A stretch of 64,000 nucleotides of DNA from Nageia nagi (taxonomy: Eukaryota; Plantae; Pinophyta). The number at the start of each line of letters is the position of its first letter. Positions within the stretch are counted from its first letter, which is position 1. Positions 1 to 14,562 of this stretch are shown one piece after another. The stretch spans positions 112,096,001 to 112,160,000 of the forward strand of contig JBITNC010000001.1 in NCBI GenBank assembly GCA_050084985.1, written 5' to 3'. The position numbers were made by a program, and so were the translations under genes. Under the pieces are notes generated by a model. The model had not been told where the DNA came from and made no database searches. It worked only from the letters and a program-made list of their open reading frames with translations.

Positions 1-768
1 AAGAAAATATAAACTAGAAAAGAAAACTATGTAGAGAATGAGGTAGCCCTCCTAGTAGTATTCTACTCTTCTATACAAGGCAATTTAGAAAATAGATGTA
101 AGGAGAGATGGGTGTTGAGAATAGAAATGGTAAGAGGAAAGTTGAATATTTTATGTAGAAGCAGTGTAATGTAGTGGTTAATATTTTGATGATGATGGCT
201 AGAGGAGCACCCTATTGGCAATGGTAGTTTTTTCACCTCATCGATTTTACTATAGGTGTAGAAGTGGAATCCATCACACTATTTCACAACTTAATTATTA
301 AGGGAAGCTATAACATGTCATCCAATTTGCTATTACATGTTTTAATAATTGGATGACAACTCTAATGTGTAACTAACAATAGTATTAATCATGATTTAAA
401 ATTAACAAACTTGCATTACATGAAGTACTTTTACATTGCTAACTTCCTTTATTAATCCTAATAAAACCAATAGCAAAATACACATCATAGTTGTTCTAAT
501 CTCTTTATGTCAAATACCTCATTAATTGTAATCCCACTAAACTAATTTATTACTCATTGAATGCTATCTATTTATTTCAAATATTTCTCCTTTCATTTTT
601 ATAATTCACTTATTTCCTTCTCTAATTCTTTACTCTACAATAGCAAGCAATTCCATAAAACTAATGTTGACAATCAATACCATTGTATATTTGTAGAAAT
701 ATTTAGTAACAACACTATTTTGAAAAATGAGATGATGGAATGATGAAATAATCATGCATTAATTTACA

Positions 769-1745
769 TCGTGAATAATCTGCATAAGAACATTTGTTTC
801 CCTTGTAGCAATGTTCTTTACAATAGTGCTAGGGATAAACTTGGTTGTGGAATTGTAGTCATCATATAGTTGAAGATGCTTCATAACCTTAGCAACATTT
901 CCAATAGAATAATTAATAACATGAACATAACTACCAACATTTCTAAGTAATTATTTATCTTTAGCTTCCATATCATTCAATGTAGGTATTGTATTTGGAA
1001 ATATAATTTGCTACCTTCATCTTACTTGATAGTTTTTTTTTCAAATCACCATATATATCATGTGGTAAATCTATACCTATAACAAAAGCATGAATATTCT
1101 ATCAACTTTAATCTAAAATACATGTCAGATTCTTCTTATTTCCTCTATCTTTCATTAATGTACTTACTCAAAATATCATCCTTGCTACCCAATTTAGCCA
1201 AAATATTTGAAAGGGGAACATATGATGGAGTATATTTAGTATCCAACAAAAGTAATTGTTAACATGTAATCCCTACTTCTACATTCATAAGCAGTGTACA
1301 TGTACCAAGAAGACATCATTATGCAGCCAATTTTTGCTATTTACGAGTACAACACATACAAAATTTGCTCAAGAATAACTATAATAAGAGTTGCTATAGC
1401 ATCCATATACTAATCATTTTTTCTATTTGCAAGTACAACACATAAACATGTTATGCTATTTGAACAACTATTTGCAATCACTCTTTAAGGAATTTCTATA
1501 CCTTCTTCTAGAATTCCCATCATGGTGCACACTAGAAGGATACAAAAAAGGTTGTGGGGTTGGGATTTACTCTTGAAAATTGTACCTACTTATAATTTTC
1601 TTATGTTATACATATTTGTTGATTGCTATGCATTGTGAGGCTATAACTATTGCATGCATCTTATCAAATAACTCACATGCATTCTCTAGGTGTCATATTT
1701 TATATATACTTCTACTAGTGTATTCATCATTACATCATCTAATCT
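769..1745 (-). pseudogene. PLS-class PPR-E/E+/DYW pseudogene, copy 1
   Basis: Frameshifted translation: DDVMMNTLVEVYIK..LENACELFDKMH (PPR motif); CLLGTCTLLMNVEVG..LDTKYTPSYVPLSNILAKLG (E domain); LNDME..; KVMKHLQLYDDYNSTTKFIPSTIVRNIATR..CSYADYS (DYW domain with an extra deletion). Confidence 0.85.
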
Positions 1746-4109
1746 TATTTTAAGGATCCTTTAGAGTGGGCTTTGATGGTGCTAGGAAAGGTTGACAATA
1801 TATTCTCCAACAACCCAAGCATAATGCCAACAATCCACATTGCTAGCAAAGTAGTCATCCTTAGCCCCCACATAAAGCTAACAGACACATGACAAATGCT
1901 CCAAAGAATTTACATTAAAAGAAATGGTCCAAAAATGTTTAATAATATTTGATTCAATATTATGAATTTTAACTCTCCAAATAAAACATCTTGAATGTAA
2001 ATATAACTCTCCCATGAGTGTAACCAACTATCATTATCAAATATAACTAATTTGTATTCGAAAAGAATGTTCACACATATACAAACGAAGCCTAAACATA
2101 TACCTTATGTATAAAAAATCAAACATTAGTATACTAAATTTAATTTAACAACTTATGTGCATACAAAAAATATGAACAAGTTAAAAATAAAAGTTAAGAG
2201 ATAAGTAACACAATATTATATTGAATAAATCTTACATAAAATTTATTGAATACAAAACATGGAAAATATAATCCAACAAATTCAAGTGCTTTTGAAGTAA
2301 ACACATGTATAATTTGGTTTTTTATGATAAAAAATAGCCATTTCTTTTTAGGAGAAACTTATTATGTCTACATGTGGGCAAGTAACTAGCAATGAGCTAA
2401 ACAAAAATATGAATACATAATGGCAAGAAGAGCAGGAGAAGAGACTATGGTATTGAGATTTAAGAAGGTTTATGAGGACATATAAAATAATTACAAACAA
2501 ATATTTTTCCTTAGCTCTCTCATTATTTGAAAATTTAAGGTTGGTATTCATAGCATCTAAAGATTCTCTACTCTTATTTTGATCTAGCTAGTGGTTCCAT
2601 CATATTTTTGTTAGGGAGTTACACCTATCAAATGTTGGTCACTATATTTTAAAAAGAACAACTCTAGAGGGTAGAGAATATAGGATCAAAAATATATGAC
2701 CACACTAAAGTAGCTACTTATCTCAAACCTGGAATATAAGATTAATCACCTAGGAATATACATCATCTGCTTACCAAGAAGATTACAATCTGTGTTAAAC
2801 TAAAACTATTCCATTATTAAAACATACATTTAAGTGTTACTTATTTTTTCCTCAAATAAATGATATTGATGGGTTACAACAATATTTATAAGAGAGAAAA
2901 ATCAAATGGAAGACACACAATGTTGGCTATTTTGGACTTGGGCTTGATGGAGGTCACATAAACACAAGCCCCCTCATGGACAAATTATGATGTGCACTCT
3001 CTACATTGGGAGATGATAGGAAGAACCCCTTCCAATTGTAATGGAAATGCCCTAACTAGGCCATTGCCCTTGCTGATCATCCATTGACCTCTCCTAGGTA
3101 AGTATACTTTCATGGTTCTCCTCCCCTCCTCTTTCCCTCTCCCTCTGCACTACTACATATGGGATCATCATGTAACCATATGTTCAATGTAAGCATGCAT
3201 AAATAATTTGTAGCTTCCCAATAGATTCTTGAATGGTTCCACCCCATTTAAGCTCATATTGAGTTGATGTATAATAGCTTTAACAAAATTCGCACTACAT
3301 ACCATACATTTGTTGTATAATATAGAATGAAAATCTTTATTGTATTATAACTTATAATTTTTTTCTAATAATTTAAATAAATAATAAAAAATAAAATATT
3401 ATATATATTTTTAATTATGTTTACAATATTTTATATATGATTTAGATGTCAACAAAATTATATATATAAATAAGTTTCTTTTTGTTAATACAAGCTATTG
3501 TAGGCTATCCTAGATTAAAAGGTATAATCTAATACCTCAACTATATAAGGAACATGTGTAGGAAATGAATTATATTTTCATCCTCTATTGAGTTTCTCCT
3601 TAGAGACTAATTAATCATCTACATACATGTTATTTTTATCACATATGCTAATATAGTTTTTAAAAAGATCTAAAATTCATTGTATGTTTAGTATTTATGT
3701 GCAATCATATTGTAATATGTATCTTTAAAAATATCTCTATATAGCTTCAAATAGTTAATATTAAAATTATAGTTAATTAACTATTTCAATTATTTTTTTA
3801 TAAAAAGCTATTAATAAATTATCATATTAATAATATAATGTTTCTATATTATAATATTTTATGGTTGATTACAAGTAGTATTTTTAGTTTTCTTTATGTA
3901 TATCGTACTACTCATATCATGGTAAAATGATGAAAACTAAAATATCTCATATAATTAACATGGTTACTACCTCCTCAAATTGATAAATTTATCAAATAAT
4001 TGATATTTATATCACATATCTCCAATAATAACAAGGTTGCCAATCTTTAATTACTAATATCCCTCCATAAAATGCTATTCAAGGGTATAAATGAATAATG
4101 GATGGCATA

Positions 4110-6845
4110 TTATATTATGAAACAATTTGAATATATTCTAATAAATTAATTGTAGTTAGGCTAGTTTTATATTGTCATATTAATCATCTTGTTTATTATA
4201 CTATTATATTGTAATATTTGTTTCTAATAATAATCTACATTGTATACTATATAGGTAACATTATTGTCATACATTATATTTTTTATATTTTAATTATGCT
4301 TCAAAATATATTACAAACCATATTAATAAATATAGATATGGATTTTAATCTCATTAAAGATAAAACTTTATTACCAAGAGAAGTAATTTATCAAATGTTA
4401 TTTTTTCACTTCGTGCATACATTATGAAAATAAATATCTTTTGAGAACTTCATCTCTTTCTATCAACATGAGTTAAATTATGTGTTATAAATGTCATGGA
4501 GAAGTAAAACTAAAATATTTGAATGTCTTCATTGAAAAATTTTATTAATTAATAATTTTAATAATAGATTAAGTGAATTATAATATTCATTAGTATATAT
4601 TTCAATCTTATTGTACATATTTTTGTAGGTTATTCTATTGTAATTACAAAATAATAAATCAAAGCATTCTAAAAAGTATTAATAATTATATAGACTAAAA
4701 AAATCAAATCTTTTGTAATGAAAAATATTAATTAAAAATTTTAATTACCTAGATAATTATAATAACTTAACATAGTAATTTATGATTATATTGTAATACA
4801 TTTTTTAGTTTTTATGTTAGTTTGATAAAGCTATTTCAAATTATGATATTGAAAACTTATACTCCTAATATGTGATCATAGTTGTGGTGACATGGTATAA
4901 AAACTTAACATGTTTGGAGTATCTTTACTTTTCTCAATGTTTCCATGTAAAAAAAAATAAATTAAAAAAATAAATCCAAAAGTTAAAAACCAAAAAAATA
5001 ATTAAACATTTAAATCCAAAGGTTAAAAACTATTTTATGGTAAGCCTACTCTCTAACAAATTTTAAGATGTGAATTTGAGAATGAGATTCAAAATCTCAA
5101 AGGGGATGACCTAATGTAATAATAACTTTAAAAAAATTATAGTTAGAGATAAGACAAATAAAAAATAATTTATTTTTGAATTTAACTTATAATACATTTT
5201 TTATTTTCTTTACTAATTCTAACATTATTCAAATAATGTATAATTATTCATCATCCATACATATTTTTGTATTTATTTATGATTATATGACATCATCTTA
5301 TGAAATATAATGACCTACAAATGAATACTAGTCAATATTGTAAATAGTAATAATAATATGATATAATAAGCCATTAGAATACAATTACACATAAGATAAA
5401 TTACTATTATAATAGCAAAAAAATATATCTAACACTTTTAAACTAAACTTTATCTAATATTTTAATGTTTAATTTAATTATATTTGAAACAATTTGAATA
5501 TATTCTAATAAATTAATTGTAGTTAGCCTATTTTTATATTGTCATATTATTCATCTTGTTTATTATACTATTATATTGTAATATTTGTTTCTAATAATAA
5601 TCTACATTGTATACTATATAGGTAACATTATTGTCATACATTATATTTTTATATTTTAATTATGCTTCAAAATATATTACAAACCATATTAATAAATATA
5701 GATATGGATTTAATCTTATTAAAGATAAAACTTTATTATCAAGAGAAGTAATTTATCAAATGTTATTTTTTCACTTCGTGCATACATTATGAAAATAAAT
5801 ATCTTTGAGAACTTCATCTCTTTCTATCAACATGAGTTAAATTATGTGTTATAAATGTCATGGAGAAGTAAAACTAAAATATTTGAATGTCTTCATTGAA
5901 AATTTTATTAATTAATAATTTAATAATAGATTAAGTGAATTATAATATTCATTAGTATATATTTCAATCTTATTGTACATATTTTTGTAGGTTATTCTAT
6001 TGTAATTACAAAATAATAATCAAAACATTCTAAAAAGTATTAATAATTATATAGACTAAAAAAATCAAATCTTTTGTAATGAAAAATATTAATTAAAAAT
6101 TTTAATTACCTAGATAATTATAATAACTTAACATAGTACTTTATGATTATATTGTAATACATTTTTTAGTTTTTATGTTAGTTTGATAAAGCTATTTCAA
6201 ATTATGATATTGAAAACTTATACTCCTAATATGTGATCATAGTTGTGGTGACATGGTATAAAAACTTAACATGTTTGGAGTATCTTTACTTTTCTCAATG
6301 TTTCCATGTAAAAAAAAATAAATTAAAAAAATAAATCCAAAAGTTAAAAACCAAAAAATAATTAAACATTTAAATCCAAAGGTTAAAAACTATTTTATGG
6401 TAAGCCTACTCTCTAACAAATTTTAAGATGTGAATTTGAGAATGAGATTCAAAATCTCAAAGGGGATGACCTAATGTAATAATAACTTTAAAAAAATTAT
6501 AGTTAGAGATAAGACAAATAAAAAATAATTTATTTTTGAATTTAACTTATAATACATTTTTTATTTTTTATTTTACTAATTCTAACATTAATTCAAATAA
6601 TTGTATAATTATTCATCATCCATACATATTTTTTGTATTTATTTATGATTATATGACATCATCTTATGAAATATAATGACCTACAATGAATACTAGTCAA
6701 TATTATAAATAGTAATAATAATATGATATATAAGCCATTAGAATACAATTACACATAAGATAATTACTATTATAATAGCAAAAAAATATATCTAACACTT
6801 TAAACTAAACTTTATCTCATATTTTATGTTTAATTTAATTATATT
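4110..6845. repeat. Near-perfect tandem duplication, 2 x ~1.37 kb
   Basis: 'tgaaacaatttgaatatattctaataaattaattgtagttag' at ~4118 and ~5485; the copies differ mainly by 1-bp indels; microhomology 'attatatt' at the start, junction and end. Confidence 0.95.
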
Positions 6846-8744
6846 GGTAGTCCACCTTAGAAGTTTTGAGAAAGCAAGTTCAAGTCTCCAACCCCAACAT
6901 AATTAGAAAAAAATAGCCTATTCACTCAAGTTGAAAATAAAATTAATAAATTATAAAAAGTCAAATTTTAATTAAAAATATTTATCAATTTATCTATTCT
7001 CTAATGTTGAATTAGCCTTCAAGTTAAAAATTGAGTTTCAAATTCCAATCCTCATGCTAAAAATAATTTACAATGAAAACATGATATAGTTAAATGAATC
7101 TAGCTTATACACCCCTATCACTTCTCATTGATAATTTGTAATCATGGAATTCAAACAAGAGATAAAATCTAGAACCCTATGTATCTATCAATCAAGGTAG
7201 TGTTCTCTTTAGAATTCCACTTCTCCAAGGCATGCTAAATTGGTTGATGTTGGTAGTTGTATAATATTGTGGGTAATGGTCTTCAACAATGACAATGTAA
7301 AAATAATATTTATACTACATAGAAATGCAAAATAAGAATAGATAAATATGTAGCTAGATTCAAGAGTATTGAAATTTATTAATACATAATAGAGATATTA
7401 TAATCACATGTTGGGTCTAATTCTACAACTCCTAGTCCAACAAACTTCCTACACAACAAATCTAGTCTCCTAGATTATACAATGATAAGATTACTATGAA
7501 ATTCATGTATCAATCATGAAATAGACTTTTATGGAAGTATTTATATCTAAATCTATTTCTTATTAGCTTTGATATGAACTTTGCAACTCCCATGATGAGT
7601 TTATAATGCAAAAGTCACATCAACTTCTCCTATACTAGTTTTGACAACAAACATTTATTGTAGGGAACTTGCATTGAAAGCTAAAAAAGTATAATAAAAA
7701 CTATTACAATCATAGTAACTTAAGATCCTAAAATATTAAGTCAAAATACTCTTGTATCCCTATCATTGGTGCTATGTCTAGCATTACCAATACCCAACAA
7801 TATATTTCTTCTAGGTCTAAGTCAATTTGAGCTTCCCAAGGTCGATCTTAGTCATGCTAGAAATTTAGATACTAATTCGTAGACTAGAACATGTAATATC
7901 AATTGTAACATGATACTAGATGATGTTAACATCTCTTTCCACTATCTATTAAATTACTAAGATCCTTTATTTCTTATTGATTTCATTGCAAATTAAAATA
8001 TGAAAACCTTTTAATGAAAATTTATGTGACACCCATGATCTTCATATGATGCAATGTTTTTAAAGTTATAATACATATTTATTGAATAAGAAATTGATGT
8101 ATCTAGGTTACTATGAAAAATGATATTAGAAATTATATATTAAAATGTTTAACATTCAAAAAGGTTAAATTAGAATAACTTTGTACATTGAAATATCTAA
8201 ATTTATTGATTATTCCAAATTTAAAGTAATATTTGATAAATATAGGTTTCGAATATTTCAAAAGATATGATATTATTTTAATTTTTACAAACCATTTAAT
8301 TAATACGATATACTTTATTTGTTCAAGATTCAGAATAAGTATCATTGATATTACATATATTTTTATGTAGTTAGGTTGTATATCATGACTAGGACAATCA
8401 ACCTTTACAAAGTAAAGATAAAGGAAAAGTAAATGTAAACTAGCTATTGTAACCTTGTGCAATGTGTATGTCATAGATTAATAATTATGCTTTCTAATTT
8501 AAGGGTTAGTTTTTTATTAAAAGAGATAACATAATCAAAGCATTGAATTAATATGTATTTAATTAATAAATAAATAAGTTTTTATTAAAATGTTCAAAAA
8601 TTCAATTATATTCTAACAAGTAAATAAAAATTAGGTACTTAGAAGTAGATGAGCTGAAATCTTTTTCTTGGACATCATTTTCTCTTCCCCCAACTCGATC
8701 TCTTCATCCTAAACAATTTCCCCTCCTTCTCTTCATATTTAGAA

Positions 8745-8932
8745 ACCCTTATGGTAGGTCATCACAAGAGATTTCTCTTCCACTAGACCTACCAACTTTT
8801 TGGAATTATGGAGTGGCCTAGAGGTAGTGTTATCTCTAAAATGCACACAACCAGTAGTAGATTCCAAGATATCTTAAAAAATAAGAAAATAGAAACTAGA
8901 AAAGCAAACTATTTAGAGAATGAGGTACCCCT
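8745..8932 (-). pseudogene. EXORDIUM/PHI-1-like 5' gene fragment (signal peptide to ..YHKG)
   Basis: Reads ..RPLHNSKKLVGLVEEKSL..YHKG after a hydrophobic leader; clearer in the paralog at 61097-61283. Confidence 0.6.
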
Positions 8933-9608
8933 GCTAGTAGTATTCTAATCTTTTGTACAAGGCAATTTAGAAACCAAATGGAAGTAGAGATAGTAGTTGA
9001 GATTAGAAATGATAAAAGGAAAGTTAAATAGTCAATGTAGAAGTGGTGTGATACAGTGGTTAATGTGTTGATGGTGATGGCTAGAGGAGCACCTTGTTGG
9101 TAAAGGTATTTTTTACACCTTATTGATTTTACTATTGGTGTAGAAGTGGAAACCATCACACTATTCTAAAGCTTAATTACTAACAGAAGCTATGTTGCAT
9201 CTCATCCAATTTGTGCTTATGTGTTATAAAGTTCCAATGCCCATTTGAAATTAACAAACCTGCACTACATGAAGTACTTTTGCATTGCTCACTCCCTTTA
9301 TCAATCCTAATAAAATCAAGAGCAAAGTACACATTAGAGTTATTATGTCAAAGTACCTCATTACTTGCAAGTCCACTAAAATAATTTATCATTCACTAAA
9401 TGTTCTCTATTTACCTCAAACATTTCTCCTCTCATTTTTTATGATTTGCTTGTTTCCTTCTCCAACTCTTTACTCTACATTAGTAGATAATTCCTAAAAA
9501 ATGATGTTGATAATCAACAACATTGTATATTTGTAGAAATATTTACTAACAATACTTTTTTGAAAAATGTAATGATGGAATGATGAAATTGGTATGTATT
9601 AGTTTGCA

Positions 9609-10619
9609 TTACCAATAATCCCCATAAGATTATTCTCCACATTTGAAGTGAAAGAAATTGATTCACATCCCTTGTAGCAATGTTCCTTACAATAGTCCTA
9701 GGGATAAACTTGGTTATGAAATTGTAGTCATCATGTAGTTGAAGATTATTCATATTCTTAGTAACATTTCTAACATAATATTTAATAACCTAAACATAAT
9801 TGCCAACTTTTATAAGCAATTCTTTATCTTCAACTTCTATATCATTCAACACAAGTATTGTATTTGAAAATATAATTCCCTATCTTCATCTTACTTGATA
9901 TATTTTTCAAATCACCATAGATCTCATGCATTAAATCTATCTCCTATAACAAAATTGTGAATACTCTATCAAATTCAATCTAAATATATTCCAGATTCTT
10001 CTTATTTTCTCTATCTTTCATCAATGTACTTACTCGACACATCATCCTTGCTACCCAATTTAGCAAAAATATTTGAAACGAGAACATATGATGGAGTATA
10101 TATAGTCTCCAACAAAAATAATCATTACCATGTAATCCCTACTATTACATTCAAAGTGGTGTACATGTACCATGAAGACTTTGTTGTGCCACCCAATTTG
10201 GTGTGCTCGAATAATGAAAGGTGATAAAAAATACATGCATAATAATCTAACAAGAAATAATTATAATAATATTTGCTATAGCAACCATCTAATAATCCTT
10301 CTTGACTATTGACAAGTAAAATACATCAACATGTTATGCTATTTGCATGGTTATTTGCCACCACTCTTTGAGAGATTTCTACACCTTCTTCTAGAACATG
10401 CATCATGGTGCATGCTGGAGGTATATGAAAAAGGTTGTGGGGTTATGATTTACTCTTGAAAATTGTACCTACCTAAAATTTTTTTATGTTATCTAAATTT
10501 TTTTAATCACTACACATCGTAAGGTTGTAACTATTGCATGCATCTCATCAAATAACTCACATGCATTCTCTATGTTTCACATTTTGTATACACTTCTTAT
10601 TCACCATTACAACATCTAA
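9609..10619 (-). pseudogene. PLS-class PPR-E/E+/DYW pseudogene, copy 2
   Basis: NTILVLNDIEVEDKELL/(E)KLAIMFRLLN ... MNNLQLHDDYNFITKFIPRTIVRNIATRDVNQF/HFKCGE*SYGDYW* (ends GAT TAT TGG TAA at 9609); upstream VYTKC.NIENACELFDEMH. Confidence 0.9.
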
Positions 10620-12404
10620 TCTTCTTTTAAATATCCTTTAGTTTGGGCTTTGATGGTTCTAGGAAAGGTGGACAATAGATTCTCCAACAACATAAGTGCA
10701 ATGCCAACTATCCAAGTTGCTAGCAAAGTAGCTAACCTTATCCCCCACATAAAGCTAATAGACACATGATGTAATAAATTGAAGCTCCAAAGAATTCACA
10801 TCATAAAAAATGGTCCAAAAATGATTAACAATTTTTGATGCAACATTATGCATTCTTCCTCTCCAAAGAAAATATCTATGATGTAAATACAACTCTCCCA
10901 AGTGCGTAACCAACTTTTATTATCAAATATAACTAATTTTTATTTGAAAAGAATGCTCACACATATACAAAGAAGCCTAAACATATACCTTGTATATAGA
11001 AAATCAAATAATAGTATACTAAAATTAATTTAACAACTTATGTGCATACATGAAATATGAAAAAGCTAAAAATAAAAGTTAAGAGACAAGTAACACAATA
11101 TTATATTGAATAAATCTTACATAAAATTTATTGAATACAAAACATGGAAAATATAATCCAATGGATGCAAGTGCTTTTGAAGTAAACACATGTATAATTT
11201 GGTTTTTTTGATAAGAAATAGTCATTTCTTTTTAGGACAAACTTACTATATCTAAAACTCGTAAGAAACTTGTGGGCATGTATCTAGCATTGACCTAAAG
11301 GAAAATATGAATATATCATGGCAAGGAGAGTAAGTGGAGAGACTATGGTAACAAGATTTAAGTAGGTTTATGAGGACATATGAAATACATAAAAACCAAT
11401 ATTTTCACTTACCTCTTTCATTATTTAAAATTTTAAGGTTGGTATTCATAGCATCAACATATTTTGTACTCCTATTTTGATCTAGCTAGTGGTTCCATCA
11501 CATTTTTGTTATAAAGTTACATCTATAGAATGTTGGTCATTGTATTTCATGAAGAATAACTCTAGAATGTAAAGAATAGGGGATTGAAGATAGATGACCA
11601 TCCTAAATCAGCTACCCATCTTAAAGCTTGAATGTAAGATTAATCACCTAGGAATATACATCATTTGCTTACTAAGAAGAATACAATCTATATTGAACTG
11701 AAATAATTCCATTCCCAAATCAAACATTGATGTGTTACTTATGTGGTCCTCAAATAAATGATACTGATGGGTTACAACAATATTTATAAGAGACAAGAAT
11801 CAAATGGAAGATCCATAATGTTGGTGGTCTAGGATTTTAGCTCGATGGAGGTCATGTGGATGCAAGCCCCTTCTTCCACAAGTTCTGATGTCTAATCTTT
11901 GCATTGTGAGATGCTGGGTAGTGCCCCTCCCAAGTGTAATGGAAGTGTTGTAACTAGGCCATCAACCTTGCTAGCCACCCATTAACCCTATATAGATAAG
12001 TATACTTTCATGTTTTGCCTCCCCTCTCATTTCTCCTCTCTCCTCCTTCCCTCTCGCTTAGCACTCCTGGATGTGGGATCGTCATGCAACCTTATGTTCA
12101 ATGTAAGAATGCATAAATAAATCATAGAAACCAAGTGGATTCTTCAATGGTATCACCCCATTTAATCTCATATTGAGTTTATGATATAATAGCTTTAACA
12201 AAATTCACATTCCATACCATACATTTCTTTTAAAATGTAGAAAGAAAACCTTTACTGTAATGTAATATATAATTTTTTTTAATAATTTAAATAAATAATA
12301 AAAAATAAAATATTATACATATTTTTAATTATGTTTGCAAAATTTTATATATCATTTAGATATCAATAAAATTATATATAGATAGATAGATAGACAAATA
12401 GATC

Positions 12405-12418
12405 GAGAGAGAGAGAGA

Positions 12419-12474
<56 letters not shown>

Positions 12475-12488
12475 TAGGAGAGAGAGAG
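12405..12488 (+). repeat. (GA)n microsatellite preceded by short (TA)n/(GATA)n
   Basis: Directly visible; absent from the paralogous positions near 3465 and 54420. Confidence 0.98.
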
Positions 12489-14529
12489 GGATCAATGCTT
12501 CATAAGAAATGGTGACTTACAATCATTCATATTTTATTTTTAGGATAGAAAGTCTTGCTGACATATAAATAATTCTTTTTCGTTAATTCAAGGTGTTGTA
12601 GGCTATCATAGATTCAAAGGTATATAAAGGTATATTATAACATCCCAACTAGATAAGGAACATGTGTAGGAAATAAATTATATTTTAATCGTATATTGAG
12701 TTTCTCCTTAGAGAATAATTAATCATCTACATACATGTTATTTTTATCACATATGCTAATATATATTTTAAAAAGATCTAAAATCCAATTTATGTTTAGT
12801 ATTTATGTTCAATCATATTCTAATATGTATATTTAAAAAAATCTATATTTCACTTGATCTACTTAATATGAAATTTATAGTTAACTAAGTATATCAATAA
12901 CTTTTTATAAAAATATAATAATACGTTATCATATTAATAATATAATACTTTTATATTATAACATTTTATGGTTGATTACAAGTAGTATTTTTATTTTTCT
13001 TTATGCAAGTTATCTGTATAAGGGATTAGTTCATCTCCAATGAACATTAGTATAATTTACCTTTACCTTTACTACTTATATCATGGGAACATGAGAAAAA
13101 ATAAAAAATCTCATATAATTAACATAGTTACTACCTCCTCAAAGAATTGTTATTTATTTCACATATCTCACATAATAGCAAGGTTTTGATTCTTAAATTG
13201 CTAATATCCCTCCATACAATGCTATTCAAGGGTGTAAATTAATAATGGATGACCTTTTATAATATGAAAAGATTTGAATATATTTTAATAAATTAATTGT
13301 AGTCATCCTTTTTTCATATGCTAATATTAATCATCTTGTTTATTATACTATTATATTGCAATATTTATTTTTAATAATAATTTATCTCTATACTATATAG
13401 GTAGCATTATTGTCAACATTATGTTTTTTATCTTAATTATACTTCAAAATGTATTACAAACCATTTTAATAGATATAAATATGGAGTTTAAACTTATTAA
13501 ATATAAAAATTTATTATGAAGATAAGTAATTTACCAAATGCAATTTTTTCACTTTGTGCATACATTATAAAAATAAATATCTTTTGCGAACTTATGGCTT
13601 TCTATCAACATGAGTTAAATTATGTGTTATTAATATCATCAAGAAGTAAAACTAAAATATTTGAACGTCTTCATTGAAAACTTTTATGTATTAAGAATTG
13701 TATTAAAAGATTATATGCATTCTAAAGTTCATTAGTTTATATTTAATTCTTATTGTACATATCTTTGTAGGTTATTCTATTCTAATTACAAAATAATCAT
13801 CAAAGCATTCTAAAAAGTATTAATAATTATATAGACTTATAAAATCAAATTGTTTGTAATAAAAAATATCAATTACAAATTTTAATTACCTAGATAATTA
13901 TCATAACTTATAGTACTTTATGATTATATTGTAATATTTTTTAATTATTAGTTTGATAAAGTTAGTATGAATTTTATACAATTTTTTTTCCATATAAATT
14001 ATATTTCAAGAAATGTGACATTATATTCTTGCACAATCTTCTAAATTTTGCACCTTAATGATTTATGGAGCAATCCATCATATTTTATTGGGATACAAAG
14101 ATGATGTAATATATTTATGGTTTTTAATACATTTCAATATTTATAATATAATTTAAATCCACTATGTCCTTATGCATTATTAAGAGGAGATATCATATGT
14201 AGATACTTTATTTTATTACTATATTTTTTTGCTAGTATGATTACAAATTACTAGAGTAAAATAGCATGCAAAGATATATTATCAAAGTGAATACATGAAA
14301 ATTTCATATTCTAATCTAATAGTTGTCATTCATAATATTAAAATAAACTTTGGTATCATAAATATTTAACTATCTATTTATTTACTGTAAATTTTATGTA
14401 TAATTTAAAAAATAAATATGTAATCCCTAAAAATTAATGAATGTAAAATATTTATCAATTATTCACGATCCTATTAAATTTTTTTTATGTATAATATTTT
14501 TAATTTACATGATAATATTATATAATACC

Positions 14530-14560
<31 letters not shown>

Positions 14561-14562
14561 TA
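14530..14562 (+). repeat. (AAT)n microsatellite
   Basis: Directly visible; interrupted versions occur in the other triplication units and near 56025. Confidence 0.9.

Noticed and set aside
1-3300. Repeated minus-strand module as a Mutator/other transposase
   Set aside because: Manual translation gives PPR, E and DYW motifs plus other host-like pieces; no DDE or transposase motif seen.
561-8474. Short I/L/F/Y/N/K-rich ORFs here and throughout the spacers
   Set aside because: Not kept open between paralogous copies; expected by chance at this AT content.
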